Below, piece after piece: positions 47,228 to 55,114 of a stretch of DNA of 64,000 bases. A model generated the notes under the pieces. It saw only the letters and a list, made by a program, of their open reading frames with translations, was not told the origin of the DNA and searched no databases. This DNA comes from a virus (lineage: Duplodnaviria; Heunggongvirae; Uroviricota; Caudoviricetes). The translations under genes were made by a program, and so were the position numbers. Every line of letters begins with the position of its first letter. Positions within the stretch are counted from its first letter, which is position 1. Location of the stretch: the IMG/VR virus record IMGVR_UViG_2937414065_000001. One strand, written 5' to 3'.

Positions 47228-48343
47228 GTGAGGTTGATTTTGTCTATCCTACTGAATCGAGACTTTACGAACGGTCAGTTTGCCAGTGGTTCGTATGCCA
47301 AAGTGGTTGAAACAGTGCTCAACACTGGCGTTCACGCGGGTGATCGCACCGGAACCGGCACAAAAAGCGTTTCATATGTCCCTTCCTACTACATGCTGAC
47401 GGGCGGCTCTGTTCCACTTATCTCCGGAAAAGCCGTCAACCTGAAGCCGTTACTGGTTGAGCTGGAGTGGTATCTCAAAGGAACGGGCAACATCCAGTTC
47501 CTGAAAGACAATGGCGTCAAAATCTGGGATGCCTGGGCTGATGAAAATGGCGATTTAGGCCCGGTCTATGGCAAACAATGGCGTCGGTGGGAAGATACCC
47601 GCATCGTGAGCCATAGCGAGTATTTGAGCAAAATCGACACGTTCCGTGAGCGCGGGTACAAGGTCGAGGGGTATCTGGGCGTAAGTGAAGATCGCGTTGT
47701 GTTGTCCCGTGAAATCGACCAGCTACAGCGTATCGTTCACACGCTTCGCACCAACCCGACAGATCGTCGCATCCTGCTGAATGCCTGGAATGTTGGCGAA
47801 CTGGAAGATATGAAGCTGCCGCCATGCCATTTCGTGTTTTCACTGTGGAGTCGCGAGCTGGACTTTGAGACTCGACTGACGATGGCCACCGACATTGGCA
47901 TCCAGCACAACCGCCACGGCCACGAATCCATTTACACCCAGATGCTGTGTCTTCTGGAAAGAGATGGCGGCATTACTGAGAACATGCTGGACGAGCTGGG
48001 CATCCCGAAACGCATTCTGAACTCATGTCTGGTGCAGCGCAGCGTCGATACCTTTGTTGGTATGCCGTTCAACATCGCCGGTTACGGCATTCTCACCCAC
48101 TTCCTCGCGAAGATCACCGGCCACATGGCTGGCGCATTCGTGCATTTTGGCTTTGACGTTCATCTCTACGACAACCACATGGAAGGCGTTGAGGAGCTGA
48201 TGAAGCGCGAGCCGCCCAAAGAGTCCGATCCGGTTGTCATTTTTCCGCATGAATGGGCCGAACTGGACGACTTCAAATGGGAAGGTGTGCAGGTGTGCGG
48301 CTACAGCCCTCTTCCGTGGATCAAGGTTCCAGTGGCGGTGTGA
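47228..48343 (+). CDS. thyA: thymidylate synthase (ThyA) with a ~50-aa insertion after the catalytic Cys
   Basis: DRTGTGT, IWDAWADENGDLGPVYGKQWR, the LPPCH catalytic Cys and MPFNIAGY all align with E. coli ThyA. GTG start. Confidence 0.85.
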   Translation: MRLILSILLNRDFTNGQFASGSYAKVVETVLNTGVHAGDRTGTGTKSVSYVPSYYMLTGGSVPLISGKAVNLKPLLVELEWYLKGTGNIQFLKDNGVKIWDAWADENGDLGPVYGKQWRRWEDTRIVSHSEYLSKIDTFRERGYKVEGYLGVSEDRVVLSREIDQLQRIVHTLRTNPTDRRILLNAWNVGELEDMKLPPCHFVFSLWSRELDFETRLTMATDIGIQHNRHGHESIYTQMLCLLERDGGITENMLDELGIPKRILNSCLVQRSVDTFVGMPFNIAGYGILTHFLAKITGHMAGAFVHFGFDVHLYDNHMEGVEELMKREPPKESDPVVIFPHEWAELDDFKWEGVQVCGYSPLPWIKVPVAV

Positions 48344-48345
48344 TA

Positions 48346-48758
48346 TGGCCAGAGGGATGTATGTGTTGTGTGAAATTGAAGGTGTGCTGGCGAGAGCCAG
48401 CCATCGCAAAGCAGTGTCTGATGCGGATGCAGGCGCTCTCATTGCCGGTGATGAACTCATCTTTCCCACCAGCCGCATGTTGCGTGGTTTTGCTCGCTCC
48501 GGTGCTGAAGTGGTGCTTATCAGTAGTCGTCCGGAAGCGCTCGAAGGCCCAACCAAACGCTGGCTGAAGGACTTCGGCATTGATTATGACTGGCTCCACC
48601 TTGTTCCGCGCGGTGTCAGTTTTGAAACCCATATCAAGCGCACGCTGGCAGAGCACAAAGGCGACTTACTTATCGCCGCACTGGTTCATGATCCGCGTCT
48701 GCGTTCTGCGCTGGCAGATTCTCACCAGCGACCAACCATCTATGAGGTAAGCCAATGA
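48346..48758 (+). CDS. hypothetical protein (137 aa)
   Basis: ORF between thyA and the DHFR gene. I took the first ATG as the start; the six-frame ORF reads from 48234 and overlaps thyA. Confidence 0.4.
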
Positions 48759-49231
48759 AGATGATTGCAGCTGTCGGCCGCAACTATGAAATCGGCATTG
48801 GCAACGAACTTCCCTGGCGTTGCCCGACCGATCTGAAACTGTTCAAACAACTCACCAAAAACGCCACTGTCGTGATGGGACGCAAGACGATGGAAAGTCT
48901 CAAGCGCCCGCTGCCAGAGCGCCATAACCTCGTTTTGACGCGCTCTCGTGGGTATATCCCCAATGGGTTCTACCCCGCTGGCATCGATGATGTTTTGAGA
49001 CTGCCAGATCCGGTCTGGGTGATTGGTGGCGGGCAGATTTACTCGCTCTTTATGCCACACGTAGAAGAGATCTGGCTGTCGCATATTGGCGTGGATGTGC
49101 CTGGCGCGGATGCGTTCTTCCCGGCGCCAATGATGCGTTCTTTAGGGTTCGTACCAGTCGAAACGGCTTATACCCAACGTGCAAATGAGGATGAGCCTGG
49201 CTTTTTGCAGATCGTATACAGAAGGTCGTAA
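48755..49231 (+). CDS. folA: dihydrofolate reductase
   Basis: N-terminus MIAAVGRNYEIGIGNELPW, conserved VVMGRKT, and about 158 aa. Coupled by ATGA to the upstream gene. Confidence 0.8.
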   Translation: MKMIAAVGRNYEIGIGNELPWRCPTDLKLFKQLTKNATVVMGRKTMESLKRPLPERHNLVLTRSRGYIPNGFYPAGIDDVLRLPDPVWVIGGGQIYSLFMPHVEEIWLSHIGVDVPGADAFFPAPMMRSLGFVPVETAYTQRANEDEPGFLQIVYRRS

Positions 49232-49875
49232 TGGATTACCGGATTGGAATCACTGGCGCACAGGGCAGTGGAAAAACAACCCTGGCAAGGTACATCGATG
49301 CGCATTATGGCATTCCGTATGTGGATGCCGGCGTTGGCAAGCTGATGAGCAGTCTGGGGGTGAAGGTTGGCGAGCGTTTGCCCCTTTACGAACGTCTTCA
49401 GGTTCAGATGGAGATTGCCAGACACATCGAGATGATCACCCGCGGCGTTGAAGGTTTTGTTATCGACCGCACGCCAGCCGATGTCATGGCTTATACGCTT
49501 GACCTGGTCGGCCAGACCAACGAAGACCGCTGCATCGAGCTGGCTCTCGACATTGAGCAGTTTTGCCACAAAGCGGCCATTTCCAACTTCAATGCTATCG
49601 CGGGTCTTCGCCCGGGCGTTGAGCTTTCCAGCAAAGATCTCGCGCGTCCCCAGCGAGGATCGCTTGACCGTCTCTATGTTGCTCGCATCGATGCACTTAT
49701 GTGCGGTGAGCTGACGAAAATCAACACGCTTCCCCAAACCGGCGATCTGCAGGTGTTCGTTATTTCTGAAAAGTGCCGCACGGTTGAAGCGCGAGCCAGA
49801 TCGGTATTGCGAGTGCTGGACAGAGCCGCTGAAAACATCGAGCGCCGTATAACAGGACGAGTGACCTTCCACTGA
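49231..49875 (+). CDS. P-loop nucleotide kinase-like protein (possible dNMP kinase)
   Basis: GITGAQGSGKTTLA Walker A, about 214 aa, sitting within the nucleotide-metabolism cluster. Confidence 0.5.
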   Translation: MDYRIGITGAQGSGKTTLARYIDAHYGIPYVDAGVGKLMSSLGVKVGERLPLYERLQVQMEIARHIEMITRGVEGFVIDRTPADVMAYTLDLVGQTNEDRCIELALDIEQFCHKAAISNFNAIAGLRPGVELSSKDLARPQRGSLDRLYVARIDALMCGELTKINTLPQTGDLQVFVISEKCRTVEARARSVLRVLDRAAENIERRITGRVTFH

Positions 49876-49938
49876 ATGTTGCTCCCCTGTTGGGCAGTGT
49901 GACAATAAGACACGCGAAATGAATCGAGGAAAAACAGA

Positions 49939-50358
49939 ATGATAGACGAACTTCCCCTCTCGGATGAATTAGATCGTAAAGCGATTGAAGCACTGATCCG
50001 CATTGCCGACGAACAATCCCGCTCTTTGATGAGTGAACGTGAAGCACGTCTGGCTATCCGCGCAGTGTTTGAGTCCGTTCAAGGGCTTGTTGGGGAAGAG
50101 GTTGGCGAAGCCATCAATGTGGCGATGTCGCAGTTCAATGGCGGCACCAAGCGCCCTCTGTTTCCTATGCACCTCGAACTCTCAGGCGGTACGGTTCTGT
50201 ACGTGTCCGTTTGCCTGGAGACCAACCAAATCCAGATCCTCAACACATCAACGGGCGAATGGCGCGAGCCGGTCGTCTGCGAAAGTGGCGAGGACGCACT
50301 GAAAAAGGCTGCTCAGTTTGTGCGTGGCGCACTGCTGAAAGGCGCGAAGAAGCTGTAA
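49939..50358 (+). CDS. hypothetical protein (139 aa)
   Basis: ORF with RBS GAGGAAAAA. Confidence 0.45.
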   Translation: MIDELPLSDELDRKAIEALIRIADEQSRSLMSEREARLAIRAVFESVQGLVGEEVGEAINVAMSQFNGGTKRPLFPMHLELSGGTVLYVSVCLETNQIQILNTSTGEWREPVVCESGEDALKKAAQFVRGALLKGAKKL

Positions 50359-50367
50359 GGAGTACGA

Positions 50368-50925
50368 ATGACCACGATTGTCGGTGGCGTCGATATTGAG
50401 TCCACAGGGCTGGACTTCACATCCGGCCACAAAATTATCGAAATCGCGATAACTCGTTATGAACTGGAAACCCAGAAGCACATCGACAGCCTTGAGATGC
50501 GCTTCAACCCGCGTCGCAGTATCGATCCGAAGGCGCAGGCAGTGCATGGCATTTCACTGGAAGATCTGGCGACGGAACCGCTACTGGCTGACCACGCAGG
50601 CAAGATTGCTGCGTACATGGGCGCATGTAGCGCGTTAGTCGCCCATAACGGAGAGGCTTTTGACCTTCCGTTCATTCGCCACGAGTTCGGTAGCTATGGG
50701 GTGAAATTGCCAGATATCCCTCTGGTTGACTCCATGCTGGATGGCTTGTGGGCTACCGAGGATGGGAAGCGCCCACGCCTGGAAGAGCTGGCGTTCTCAC
50801 TTGGGTTCACTTACGACCGTGAGAAGGCCCACAGCGCTCTCTACGATACTGACCTGATGATGCAGTGTTTCTTCAAAGCCCGAGAGAAATACGGCTTCTT
50901 CAAACTCCCATTCGAAAGCGCCTGA
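50368..50925 (+). CDS. DnaQ-like 3'-5' exonuclease (DEDDh family)
   Basis: Exo I VDIESTGLD, Exo II HNGEAFDLPF, and Exo III HSALYDTD. Confidence 0.7.
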   Translation: MTTIVGGVDIESTGLDFTSGHKIIEIAITRYELETQKHIDSLEMRFNPRRSIDPKAQAVHGISLEDLATEPLLADHAGKIAAYMGACSALVAHNGEAFDLPFIRHEFGSYGVKLPDIPLVDSMLDGLWATEDGKRPRLEELAFSLGFTYDREKAHSALYDTDLMMQCFFKAREKYGFFKLPFESA

Positions 50926-51053
50926 TGGCGCTTTTTCTTTGCCTTCAGTTCTTCTAACTGCCTGTAATTATGACTTTTCCGCCTGATAGGTTTTGCCAGA
51001 ATACGCTCAACCAAAACGCGGAAACGCACCAACGAAAACATAAGGAGTTAAAA

Positions 51054-51896
51054 ATGAGCGCAGTTACAAACACTGTTAAAAACGATGACCTGGACGAACT
51101 GACTGCAATGTTGCAATCTCTCGACGAACCAGTGCAGAAAGCTGCGAAAATGAGCGGTGTCGACGAGATCGACGATCTTCTCTCTGGTCTGGATGATGCA
51201 ATCGCAAAACCAGTCGAGGCGGTGGCGGATGAAGTCATGAATGCCAGCTCTACCGGCGATCTGAGTAGCGTTCTGGAAGAGCTTGAGATTGAGCACGAAT
51301 CGGTGAAGGTCGAGGAACCAGAGCGTGACCTTGTTGCGGAGATAGTGAACGAGCCAGCGCCTGAACTTGACGCTCGAAGTACTGAGACTACCGGTACAGA
51401 TCCAACCCCTTTACCTTCAGTGGCGTCAGAGCCTAAACCTGAAGAAGAGCAGCCAAAACGCCAGAAGGCAAAATCAGAGCGTACCCCGGCCAAACCTCGC
51501 TTCACGCTGGAAGGTAAGGACGAATCGTTCTATGCGACAGCCGGTCTGGAAAGTGAGAGCTTTACTGCCGCATTCGAAGGGGCGCCAGTCAAAGCGAAAG
51601 ACAAGATCTTAAACCTTTTGAACTGGTTTAGTGGTGGGCCGGAAATCAGCGTCTACACGGTAATCGCAATGCGCCATATCCTTGACGCGAACACGGCGAC
51701 CAGCAATAGCATTAAACTGGCGCTAATGAGCAACCCGGAGAAACCATATCCGCTCAACACCGCTTCGACTCAGGCTGGCCAGATGATGGCTGTGTTTCCA
51801 GCTACTGGCATTGCCACCAGGGAAGGTGGAAATCTAACCCTTAATAAAGAGTCGCCGATCGTCAAAAAATTCATAGCGGAGTATTCCATTGGATGA
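51054..51896 (+). CDS. acidic hypothetical protein
   Basis: RBS AAGGAG. Highly acidic N-terminal half with an unknown C-terminal domain. Confidence 0.5.
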   Translation: MSAVTNTVKNDDLDELTAMLQSLDEPVQKAAKMSGVDEIDDLLSGLDDAIAKPVEAVADEVMNASSTGDLSSVLEELEIEHESVKVEEPERDLVAEIVNEPAPELDARSTETTGTDPTPLPSVASEPKPEEEQPKRQKAKSERTPAKPRFTLEGKDESFYATAGLESESFTAAFEGAPVKAKDKILNLLNWFSGGPEISVYTVIAMRHILDANTATSNSIKLALMSNPEKPYPLNTASTQAGQMMAVFPATGIATREGGNLTLNKESPIVKKFIAEYSIG

Positions 51897-52049
51897 TGTT
51901 CCCCTACCCGATCTAAAGCCCCCTGACAGCTTTAGGACGCTGGGTAAGCTAATTGCATACCCAGCATCGATAAAACGCGCCAGAGAGCTTCCCGTTTGCG
52001 AATCTGGCGCGTTCTTCTTTGTTTGCTATCCGTTTGATTAAATGAAAAA

Positions 52050-52070
52050 ATAGGTAAGTATTTACCTATC
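52050..52070 (+). promoter_or_regulatory. motif B perfect palindrome (ATAGGTAAGTATTTACCTATC), 11 nt before the dam start
   Basis: Closest match to the motif B consensus. Confidence 0.55.
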
Positions 52071-52081
52071 GGAGCAAGATA

Positions 52082-52675
52082 ATGATCGCAGCCGAAAAAA
52101 TCAAAAAGCGAGAGCGTGATGCCTCTCTTCGCGACCTTTGGCGCACACCGCAGTGGTTGTTTGTCGCCATCCAACGTTACATAGGCGTAAAGTTCGATGT
52201 GGACGTCGCCTGCAACAAAGATAACGCTCTCCTGCCGAACTTTATCGGTGTTGAGCGTGATGCGCTCAAGTGCAGCTGGGGAGAACCTGGCACTGTGGCG
52301 TTCCTTAACCCGCCCTACTCCAAAATCACCCCCTGGATAGACGCAGCCATCCGCGAGCAGGCGCGTGGAGTGACGACGGTCATGTTGATACCACAATCCC
52401 TCGATACGCAGTGGTACGAGCGTGCGGCTGAATGCGCCAACGAAACCGTCATCTTGTCTGGCGGCCGCGTGGCGTTCGTTGAGCCAGATGTTGAACTTGG
52501 GCTGGTGGAGGTGAACATCAACCCTGGTGGCAGCATGTTGCTTATCTTCCGTGGCTACTGTCAGGAAGCTGGGCACACCATCAGCAAGATACCGCTGGCG
52601 GTGATGAAAAAGCTGGGTGGTTATGATCCTGCCAATGTTGTCAGGAAGAAGAGACCACGTAAAAAGGCAGCGTAA
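52082..52675 (+). CDS. phage-type DNA N6-adenine methyltransferase (Dam-like)
   Basis: DVACNKDNALLPNF and FLNPPYS (motif IV), about 197 aa, typical of the phage Dam family. Confidence 0.7.
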   Translation: MIAAEKIKKRERDASLRDLWRTPQWLFVAIQRYIGVKFDVDVACNKDNALLPNFIGVERDALKCSWGEPGTVAFLNPPYSKITPWIDAAIREQARGVTTVMLIPQSLDTQWYERAAECANETVILSGGRVAFVEPDVELGLVEVNINPGGSMLLIFRGYCQEAGHTISKIPLAVMKKLGGYDPANVVRKKRPRKKAA

Positions 52676-52697
52676 ACACCAGTCTGGGAGTTAGTTT

Positions 52698-52766
52698 GAG
52701 AACCTGCTTCCGTATATATAAATAACTAAGTACTAATTATTAATATATACAGACGCAGGCTTTTTA
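52698..52766 (+). repeat. conserved intergenic hairpin module, copy B (TATAAATA in loop, T-run)
   Basis: ACCTGCTTCCGTATATATAAATAACTAAGTACT...ATATACAGACGCAGGC-TTTTT; about 75% identical to 2426-2492. Confidence 0.6.
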
Positions 52767-52877
52767 AGACGTGATTTCCAAACAACTCCCAGACCGTTTT
52801 ACACCTCCAGAACCCACTGGAACCCCTCTTCAGACGCTCTAGAATCGATTTTATGAACCACAGTAAGGAAAACTATC

Positions 52878-53108
52878 ATGGTATACCCGACGAACGTCGT
52901 AGCGCTCGTTGAGAGCGATTTTCTGGCCAAAGTGCGCGACATGATGAAAGATCGCGATAAGGCTTTCAGTCTCTACGAATGGTCGCTCAAATGTCTTCAT
53001 TCAGGCGAGCACAAAGAGCTGGTGGAGCAGCTGTTAGGGGAACTCATCAATGAGGTGTTTGCCCTGAACGTCCAGCTTCATGGTCGAGAAAATAATCAAT
53101 CGAAATAA
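52878..53108 (+). CDS. hypothetical protein (76 aa)
   Basis: ORF with RBS AAGGAAAAC. Confidence 0.4.
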   Translation: MVYPTNVVALVESDFLAKVRDMMKDRDKAFSLYEWSLKCLHSGEHKELVEQLLGELINEVFALNVQLHGRENNQSK

Positions 53109-53110
53109 TC

Positions 53111-53124
53111 GGTAAGTACTTACC
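53111..53124 (+). promoter_or_regulatory. motif B core, perfect palindrome GGTAAGTACTTACC
   Basis: Lies immediately after the stop of the preceding ORF. Confidence 0.45.
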
Positions 53125-53701
53125 ATTTAAAACGCAGATCGCCAGTGATAAAATCTACCCGCTTTCCGGATTGATTCCGGCAGCTCGACCTGATGGGTGG
53201 GGGATAGCGTCACTGGCGTCAGGTTTAAAAAAGCTCACTACCAGCGTAGAACCGGCACCGTTTAGGGGTTGGGGAAGGGGGAACCAAAGTGAGCAGAGAG
53301 AAGGGTCACTTTATGATTGTCGAGTCTGGAGTGTTTCGAGAGGTTGAATCCAGTACTCCCCTTCATAAAGTGTGGGAAGATCTCGGTTCTGGGGTGCTGT
53401 CATCCATAACTTCCCAAGCCTAAGCTGGCAGTAGACTTAGGTCATAACTTTTCAGGTTATGTAACGACCAGGTTGGTGAGGAAATTTTGTACTCACCTCC
53501 CTGGGAAAGTATTACCTGAAAAGACAACCTCTCACTTCGTTCGAGGTGAACTTCACTCACTTCGTTCGTTCAGTTCAGGTTTTATTAAAACCTGTTCTGG
53601 GAAGTAAGTTTTTCTTTTCTAAAAATTTTTAATATTTACACGCACGCGTGCGCACACGCGCGAGGAAAAAAATCGTCGCGGCGCGCGATTCTGGAGCCAA
53701 A

Positions 53702-54310
53702 ATGACGACCAAGACCCCAGCCCGGCAACATACTGGCTGCCGCACGAAGTCCAAAGCCAGATACCAAACCCACCAGCAATCCCGTACCAACTTCAAAACC
53801 CCCGTAGTCGAGTTCAATCCCCAGCTCAAAACCGTAAAAGTATTCAGTGATGGCTCTTGCCTCAAAAATCCGGGCGGGCCGGGCGGTTACGGCATCGTTC
53901 TCCAGTATCGAGGCGAAGAGCGCGAGCTTTCTGAGGGCTTCCACAGCACGACCAACAATCGGGTGGAGATGATGGGCGCCCTGATTGCGCTGGAGCGTCT
54001 GAAGTACCCCTGCAACGTGATCCTGCATTCCGACAGCCAGTATTTAAAAAACGGCATGACGCTCTGGATGAAAGGCTGGAAGCGTAACGGATGGATCACG
54101 TCTGAGAAGAAGCCAGTCAAAAACGTCGATCTCTGGAAACGTCTCGATTCGGCCGCCAGCCGTCACAATGTCCGCTGGAAGTGGGTTAAAGGTCATGCCG
54201 GTCATCGCGAGAACGAAATGTGTGACCGCCTGGCGAAGATCGCCGCCTACTCCGCAGCTGATATGCCTCACAAGCGTGACATTGGATTTTTGTCACAAAA
54301 TGATAAGTAA
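53702..54310 (+). CDS. rnhA: ribonuclease HI with a ~45-aa basic N-terminal extension
   Basis: [29 protein letters not shown]...[18 protein letters not shown] aligns with E. coli RNase HI from residue 1. The true start is uncertain; the ORF extends to 53648 through a GC-rich palindrome. Confidence 0.75.
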   Translation: MTTKTPARQHTGCRTKSKARYQTHQQSRTNFKTPVVEFNPQLKTVKVFSDGSCLKNPGGPGGYGIVLQYRGEERELSEGFHSTTNNRVEMMGALIALERLKYPCNVILHSDSQYLKNGMTLWMKGWKRNGWITSEKKPVKNVDLWKRLDSAASRHNVRWKWVKGHAGHRENEMCDRLAKIAAYSAADMPHKRDIGFLSQNDK

Positions 54311-54323
54311 GTATTTACCTATC
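54302..54323 (+). promoter_or_regulatory. motif B palindrome (GATAAGTAAGTATTTACCTATC) overlapping the rnhA stop
   Basis: Matches the 2571-2592 copy. Confidence 0.5.
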
Positions 54324-54707
54324 ATTTTAAATCAGGTATCTTACCGTTCGTCAGGATGACGAAGTACCGGTAGGTACTGTTCCAGGATGGAACGCCAAAA
54401 GGCGGCTGGCTTGGCCAGCCGCAACTCTTTCTGACACTGAATGGAATCCAAATGGCACGTCAAACGCCTTTCACTTCTTTCAATAAACGTCCCCGTTCAA
54501 TTCGCCTGGTTCTGGCTGAGCTGTTTAGCGGTCGTGTTTCTGCACGCCTTGCGGAACTGGAAGAACGAGTGTTTGAGCTGGAGAAGCGCATTGATGCGCA
54601 AGCTACCGCCATAGCAAATCTGGGTGCGACAGTAGGCATGGGGAAGGTGCGTGATTCCGTCGCCTCTCGTGTGTTGCGTGAATCCCAAGCACACAAGGAC
54701 AGTTCTC

Positions 54708-54959
54708 ATGGAAAATTTTCAACGAAATCGACTGAAGCCAATGGCCTACGGAGTAATTTTAGCAACCCTGGCAGCGGTAGCCGTGCCAGCCGGTCAGAGT
54801 CTGTTGATACCGGACACAACTACTTCCACCACAACCTTGCAGACGACACCCCTGCCAGAACGACCTCCTGTCTCTCTGGATGGGATGCTGCTGGACACGA
54901 TTCTAGCTCGACCTGCAACTCCGGATCTTCCTTCTGCTGTGACTGAGGCTATTGCATGA
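54708..54959 (+). CDS. small hypothetical membrane/secreted protein
   Basis: RBS AAGGACAG and a hydrophobic N-terminus (MAYGVILATLAAVAVPA). Overlaps an alternative-frame ORF at 54452-54946, so which frame is real is uncertain. Confidence 0.3.
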   Translation: MENFQRNRLKPMAYGVILATLAAVAVPAGQSLLIPDTTTSTTTLQTTPLPERPPVSLDGMLLDTILARPATPDLPSAVTEAIA

Positions 54960-55074
54960 AATGGAGCTTCCTCAATACCCTAATAATATGGATTGAATAT
55001 TGTATTTTACTTATGACGGCTGGACTTTGTAATTTGTTTTTTATTGAGTTTTCATCTTCGTAAAACTTTCGATA

Positions 55075-55110
55075 AAAACGCAGGCTAATAAGATATTATA
55101 GCCTGCGTTG
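55075..55110. terminator. hairpin terminator downstream of the minus-strand ATPase gene
   Basis: AAAACGCAGGCTAATAAGATATTATAGCCTGCGTT. Confidence 0.5.
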
Positions 55111-55114
55111 TGAT

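Noticed and set aside
51932-52576. 214-aa minus-strand ORF overlapping the Dam methyltransferase gene
   Set aside because: It is fully antisense to a well-supported plus-strand gene with clear methyltransferase motifs. No RBS, no similarity to anything, and every other gene in this block is on the plus strand.
2571-54323. Resemblance of motif B core AGGTAAGTA to the eukaryotic 5' splice-site consensus
   Set aside because: Coincidental in a bacteriophage context, with no spliceosome present. The relevant property is the dyad symmetry.
54452-54946. 164-aa ORF upstream of the defence island
   Set aside because: Its C-terminal half is S/T/G/C-rich low complexity and overlaps a better-formed ORF (54708-54959) in another frame. 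Only the latter is reported, at low confidence.
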